A stretch of 64,000 nt of DNA from Escherichia phage vB_Eco_BCPEco_001. Numbering within the stretch: the first letter of the stretch is position 1; each line of letters starts with the position of its first letter. The DNA is taken from the sequence record PV295200.1. One strand, written 5' to 3'. Position numbers and translations under genes: made by a program. Of this stretch, positions 59,496 through 64,000 are shown piece by piece. The notes below the pieces were generated by a model. The model saw nothing but the letters and a program-made list of their open reading frames with translations. It made no database searches and was not told the DNA's origin.

Positions 59496-59747
59496 ATGGA
59501 AACTTTAGTAGCAGGTTCAATTTTTATGGTTTTAGTTTCAGGTGTGTTGGCTATTATTATATACATGCTTCCATGGTTTATCGCCTTGATGCGTGGGTCA
59601 AAATCGACAGTAGGAATCTTTTTCACATCTTTACTGTTTAACTGGTCAATTATTGGTTGGTTTATTACATTTATTTGGTCAATTGCGGGTGAAACTAAAA
59701 AGTCTGTACAGCCAAATCAAGTAATTATCATCAGAGAGAAGGAATGA
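59496..59747 (+). CDS. imm: immunity to superinfection membrane protein Imm
   Basis: 83 aa, two TM helices; METLVAGSIFMVLVSGVLAIIIYMLPWFIALMRG matches T4 Imm from memory. Confidence 0.85.
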   Translation: METLVAGSIFMVLVSGVLAIIIYMLPWFIALMRGSKSTVGIFFTSLLFNWSIIGWFITFIWSIAGETKKSVQPNQVIIIREKE

Positions 59748-59893
59748 AAAGCAAAATTATAGCAGCATTGCTTTTAATCTTGATGGTTATAATAAGTATA
59801 TACTATAGCGTAACAGTTCCTGCTATGATTCCAACTCTTATCATAGGGTGGGGTTTATTACTGTTACAATTTAAATATGAATGCATCAATTGA
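59744..59893 (+). CDS. small hydrophobic membrane peptide
   Basis: 49 aa ORF MKSKIIAALLLILMVIISIYYSV..., ATGA-coupled to imm; below the track cutoff. Confidence 0.4.
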   Translation: MKSKIIAALLLILMVIISIYYSVTVPAMIPTLIIGWGLLLLQFKYECIN

Positions 59894-59900
59894 GGTTTAA

Positions 59901-60641
59901 ATGATTAATGACTCTATGACAGTTGAAGAAATCCGTCTTCATTTGGGGCTTGCATTAAAAGAAAAAGATTTCGTAGTTGATAAAACTGGCGTTAAAACTA
60001 TTGAAATTATTGGCGCATCATTTGTAGCAGATGAACCGTTTATTTTTGGCGCTCTTAATGATGAATACATTCAGCGTGAACTTGAATGGTATAAATCTAA
60101 GAGCTTGTTCGTTAAAGATATTCCGGGTGAAACACCGAAGATTTGGCAACAAGTAGCATCTTCTAAAGGTGAAATTAACTCGAATTATGGCTGGGCTATC
60201 TGGTCAGAAGATAACTATGCCCAGTATGATATGTGTTTAGCTGAACTTGGTCAAAATCCTGATTCTCGACGTGGTATCATGATTTATACTCGTCCATCTA
60301 TGCAGTTTGACTACAATAAAGATGGTATGTCAGATTTCATGTGTACTAATACAGTACAGTACCTGATTCGTGATAAGAAAGTCAATGCAGTTGTTAATAT
60401 GAGAAGCAATGACTGCTGGGCAGGCTATCGTAATGATTATGCATGGCAAAAATACGTACTAGATAAATTAGTATCTGATTTGAATGCAGGCGACCCATCG
60501 CGGCAATATAAAGCAGGTTCTATTATATGGAACGTTGGAAGTCTTCATGTGTACGAAAATCAGTTTTATTTAGTTGACCATTGGTGGAACACTGGTGAAA
60601 CTCATATTGCTAAAAAGGATTATACTGGAAAATGGAAGTAA
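59901..60641 (+). CDS. 42: dCMP hydroxymethylase gp42
   Basis: 246 aa as in T4 gp42; thymidylate-synthase-like fold motifs; SD GAGG. Confidence 0.9.
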   Translation: MINDSMTVEEIRLHLGLALKEKDFVVDKTGVKTIEIIGASFVADEPFIFGALNDEYIQRELEWYKSKSLFVKDIPGETPKIWQQVASSKGEINSNYGWAIWSEDNYAQYDMCLAELGQNPDSRRGIMIYTRPSMQFDYNKDGMSDFMCTNTVQYLIRDKKVNAVVNMRSNDCWAGYRNDYAWQKYVLDKLVSDLNAGDPSRQYKAGSIIWNVGSLHVYENQFYLVDHWWNTGETHIAKKDYTGKWK

Positions 60642-61273
60642 ATGTGCCACATGTTTATAAGTATAAACATCCTAAAACTAAAAAGTGGTATATAGGAAGT
60701 CATGATGGTCACAACCCAAATTATGATGGTTCGGGTGTAGTTTGGCAACATGCTAAAAAGAAATATGGAATAAAATCCTTTAATAAAGAAATATTATATG
60801 AAGGACCAATGTTTAGACAGGTTGAAGAAATTATTTTAACTTGTTTAGATGCTGCTAATTGTCCGGATTCATATAATTTAAAGAATGAAGCATGGGGAGG
60901 AAGTTTTCCAGGCAAATTAAATGGAATGTACGGTAAAAAACTATCTCCAGAAGAAAGATATAAGTGCGGAAATGCCTTTCGTGGAATCAAGCGTCCTGAT
61001 CATTCTAAAAGAATGAAAGGCGAAGGTAATCCAATGTATGGTAAAAATGAGCAGGCATATGGAATTATAAATCGAGCAAAGGAAAATTCTGGTAAAACTT
61101 ATGAAGAAATTTTTGGCGCAGAAAAAGCTAAAATAATTAAAGAAACGATGTCTAAAAATCGTAAAGGAAAACCTCATAATTTGATAGAAAAAATATGTCC
61201 GCATTGCGGACTAAAAGGACGTGGGCCAAATATGACAAGATACCATTTTGACAAATGTAAGGCACTTAAATGA
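60632..61273 (+). CDS. GIY-YIG homing endonuclease (Seg-like)
   Basis: 213 aa; KKWYIGSHDGHNPNYDGSG GIY-YIG-type N-terminus; basic C-terminus with CPHCG zinc-finger-like motif; overlaps the gene 42 end by 10 nt. Confidence 0.6.
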   Translation: MEVNVPHVYKYKHPKTKKWYIGSHDGHNPNYDGSGVVWQHAKKKYGIKSFNKEILYEGPMFRQVEEIILTCLDAANCPDSYNLKNEAWGGSFPGKLNGMYGKKLSPEERYKCGNAFRGIKRPDHSKRMKGEGNPMYGKNEQAYGIINRAKENSGKTYEEIFGAEKAKIIKETMSKNRKGKPHNLIEKICPHCGLKGRGPNMTRYHFDKCKALK

Positions 61274-62112
61274 TTCAATTCGTAATTCCAAGTTATCAGC
61301 GTGTCGGGGCAGTTTCTGCCCTTGATATGTTTCCGACTGATTATGAACCCCATATTGTAGTGCGTGAACATGAAGAAAAAGCTTATTATGATGCCTATGG
61401 GTCTAGAGCTAAAATTATAACTATTCCTGATGATGTAAACGGAATTGCCGGTACTCGTAAAGCAATTACTGATATGTATGCAGGTCAACGAATCTGGATG
61501 ATTGACGACGATACTACTATTCGTATGAGTTCAATGCGAAAAAGAGATGACCGTCGTTGCGTGGATAAAGTCAATCAATTGACTCATGAACAGTTCTATG
61601 AATTGATTCAATACGTCGAAGATGCCATGGATTGCGGGTATTATCACGGTCATGCTCGCCTACCAATTTTTAAAATTACTTCATCTTGGGGTAATTATCG
61701 TGAAAATTCATATGGATTCACGAATACATGGTATGACCTTGGAAAACTTACGACAGAACAAATTGGGTATGGAAAAATTGATTTATGCGAAGATATGTAT
61801 GCATTTCTCAATTTAATTAATCAAGGTTATCCGCATTTGGCCTTGTTCAAATATCTAGTTGTATCTGGAAAATCACACGCTCCCGGTGGATGTAGTTCAA
61901 TTCGTAGTAATTCTAAACATAATAGAGCGCTTGAGCAAATCAATAGAGAGTTTCCAGAGCAAGCTCGTTGGAAAACATCGAATATTGAAAAACGAAAATC
62001 GTTGGGTGAAGAAGACGAGCCATTAAAGGTTCTTCGCATGTGTGTTTCGCGTAAAGAAAAATCAGAAGCATTTCATAAGTTTAATGCTATTCATCCAATA
62101 GCAGTTGATTAA
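61270..62112 (+). CDS. putative DNA glycosyltransferase (GT-A fold, DxD) at the beta-gt locus
   Basis: 280 aa; IWMIDDDTTIR DxD motif; does not resemble T4 beta-gt as recalled (351 aa); sits between 42 and uvsX where T-even phages carry a DNA glucosyltransferase. Confidence 0.55.
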   Translation: MIQFVIPSYQRVGAVSALDMFPTDYEPHIVVREHEEKAYYDAYGSRAKIITIPDDVNGIAGTRKAITDMYAGQRIWMIDDDTTIRMSSMRKRDDRRCVDKVNQLTHEQFYELIQYVEDAMDCGYYHGHARLPIFKITSSWGNYRENSYGFTNTWYDLGKLTTEQIGYGKIDLCEDMYAFLNLINQGYPHLALFKYLVVSGKSHAPGGCSSIRSNSKHNRALEQINREFPEQARWKTSNIEKRKSLGEEDEPLKVLRMCVSRKEKSEAFHKFNAIHPIAVD

Positions 62113-62189
62113 TGCCTAAATTTATTGTGTTATAATTACTCTATCTTTAACCAGTGAGGAAAATATAATGATGCCTATGGAAAAAATGA

Positions 62190-63371
62190 ATGTCTATTGC
62201 AGATTTAAAATCCCGTTTGATTAAAGCTTCCACTTCTAAAATGACTGCTGAACTGACTACATCTAAATTCTTTAATGAAAAGGATGTAATCCGTACAAAA
62301 ATCCCAATGCTTAATATTGCTATTTCTGGTGCGATTGATGGCGGTATGCAGTCTGGTTTAACTATTTTCGCAGGTCCTTCTAAACACTTTAAATCAAATA
62401 TGTCTTTGACTATGGTTGCGGCATATTTGAACAAATATCCTGATGCAGTTTGTCTATTCTATGATAGCGAATTTGGTATTACTCCAGCTTATTTGCGATC
62501 CATGGGAGTTGACCCGGAACGAGTAATTCATACGCCAATTCAGTCAGTTGAACAGCTGAAAATTGATATGGTGAATCAGCTTGAAGCTATTGAGCGTGGT
62601 GAAAAGGTTATTGTATTCATCGACTCAATTGGTAATATGGCTTCTAAGAAAGAAACGGAAGATGCCTTGAATGAAAAATCTGTGGCAGATATGACTCGTG
62701 CTAAATCACTGAAGTCATTATTCCGTATTGTTACTCCTTATTTTAGCATTAAAAATATTCCATGTGTTGCGGTTAACCATACAATTGAAACCATTGAAAT
62801 GTTTAGTAAAACCGTGATGACAGGTGGTACAGGCGTAATGTATTCAGCTGATACTGTATTCATTATCGGTAAGCGTCAGATTAAAGATGGTTCTGATCTT
62901 CAGGGGTATCAATTTGTTCTAAATGTAGAAAAATCTCGTACCGTTAAAGAAAAAAGTAAATTCTTTATTGATGTTAAATTTGACGGTGGTATCGATCCTT
63001 ATTCTGGATTGTTAGATATGGCTCTAGAATTAGGATTTGTAGTAAAACCTAAAAATGGCTGGTATGCTCGTGAATTTCTTGACGAAGAAACTGGCGAGAT
63101 GATTCGCGAAGAAAAATCTTGGCGTGCAAAAGATACTAACTGCACTACATTCTGGGGTCCTTTATTTAAGCATCAACCATTCCGAGATGCTATTAAACGT
63201 GCTTATCAGTTAGGTGCTATTGATAGTAATGAAATTGTTGAAGCTGAAGTTGATGAATTGATTAACTCAAAGGTTGAAAAATTTAAATCTCCAGAAAGTA
63301 AAAGTAAATCAGCAGCTGATTTAGAAACTGACCTCGAGCAGTTAAGTGATATGGAAGAATTTAATGAATAA
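62190..63371 (+). CDS. uvsX: recombinase UvsX (RecA-like)
   Basis: 393 aa; MSIADLKSRLIKASTSKMTAELTTSKFFNEKDVIRTKIPMLNIAISG matches T4 UvsX from memory; Walker A GPSKHFKS. Confidence 0.9.
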   Translation: MSIADLKSRLIKASTSKMTAELTTSKFFNEKDVIRTKIPMLNIAISGAIDGGMQSGLTIFAGPSKHFKSNMSLTMVAAYLNKYPDAVCLFYDSEFGITPAYLRSMGVDPERVIHTPIQSVEQLKIDMVNQLEAIERGEKVIVFIDSIGNMASKKETEDALNEKSVADMTRAKSLKSLFRIVTPYFSIKNIPCVAVNHTIETIEMFSKTVMTGGTGVMYSADTVFIIGKRQIKDGSDLQGYQFVLNVEKSRTVKEKSKFFIDVKFDGGIDPYSGLLDMALELGFVVKPKNGWYAREFLDEETGEMIREEKSWRAKDTNCTTFWGPLFKHQPFRDAIKRAYQLGAIDSNEIVEAEVDELINSKVEKFKSPESKSKSAADLETDLEQLSDMEEFNE

Positions 63372-63708
63372 AGATGATTTAGATTTAGATCTAGAAATTA
63401 TCGATGAATCCCCCTCTTCGGAGGGGGAAGAAGAAAGAAAAGAACGTCTTTTTAACGAGTCTCTTAAGATAATTAAATCTGCCATGGAAAATGTTATCCA
63501 GGAGATTGTCATTAAACTAGAAGACGGTTCTACACACATTGTGTATGTGACAAAATTAGATTGGGTTGATGGAAAAGTCGTAATGGACTTTGCTGTTCTT
63601 GACCAAGAAAGAAAAGCTGAGTTAGCTCCTCATGTAGAAAAATGTATTACAATGCAACTACAAGATGCATTTAATAAAAGGTCAAAGAAAAAATTTAAAT
63701 TCTTTTAA
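63364..63708 (+). CDS. 40: gp40-like protein (head vertex assembly chaperone position)
   Basis: 114 aa from an ATG overlapping the uvsX stop (MNKDDLD...); the track ORF 63346 starts 6 codons earlier inside uvsX. Confidence 0.5.
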   Translation: MNKDDLDLDLEIIDESPSSEGEEERKERLFNESLKIIKSAMENVIQEIVIKLEDGSTHIVYVTKLDWVDGKVVMDFAVLDQERKAELAPHVEKCITMQLQDAFNKRSKKKFKFF

Positions 63709-63718
63709 GGAGTAAGTG

Positions 63719-64000
63719 TGGTAGAAATTATTCTTTCTCATCTCATATTTGATCAAGCTTATTTTTCAAAAGTTTGGCCATATATGGATTCAGAATATTT
63801 TGAAAGTGGTCCAGCTAAAAATACATTCAAATTAATTAAATCTCATGTTAATGAGTATCATAGCGTTCCATCTATTAATGCGTTAAATGTTGCATTAGAA
63901 AATAGTTCATTTACTGAAACAGAATATTCTGGTGTAAAAACACTTATTTCAAAACTGACTGATTCTCCGGAAGATCACAGTTGGTTAATAAAAGAAACAG
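63719..64000 (+). CDS. 41: replicative DNA helicase gp41, N-terminal fragment (runs off window)
   Basis: Apparent GTG start at 63719 after SD AAGGAG; translation VEIILSHLIFDQAYFSKVWPYMDSEYFESGPAKNTFKLIKSHV matches the T4 gp41 N-terminus from memory. Confidence 0.7.

Overview
This window is a contiguous segment of a T4-like (T-even) myophage genome, in inverted orientation relative to the conventional T4 map. All identifications are from reading the sequence and recalling T4 proteins; nothing was database-checked. Gene order: 5' end of baseplate gene 8 (minus strand), baseplate wedge/hub genes 7, 6, 5.4, 5.1, 5, 53 (minus); divergent late promoters; genes 4, 2, 3, 1, 57A, 57B (plus); an internal-protein locus; a 7+1 tRNA cluster with embedded segB and downstream stable RNAs; the e.x block, nudE, lysozyme e, denV; a GrcA-like glycyl-radical cofactor, regB, a macro-domain protein, tk, rI; about 12 kb of mostly uncharacterised genes up to nrdC; pin, 49, nrdD (intronless), an HNH endonuclease, nrdG, nrdH-like; 55, a-gt, 47, an HNH endonuclease, 46, rpbA, 45, 44, 62, regA, 43, imm, 42, a GIY-YIG endonuclease, a GT-A glycosyltransferase at the beta-gt position, uvsX, 40 and the start of 41. 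Several lysozyme residues differ from T4, so this is a relative, not T4 itself. No CRISPR array, integrase or transposase was seen. No single clearly novel system stands out; the strongest leads are the promoter-plus-internal-protein cassettes, a chimeric GrcA-like gene with a host-like 3' half, two HNH endonuclease genes that share their first codons with a neighbouring gene, repeated terminator-promoter-leader cassettes, and several tandem paralog arrays of unknown function.
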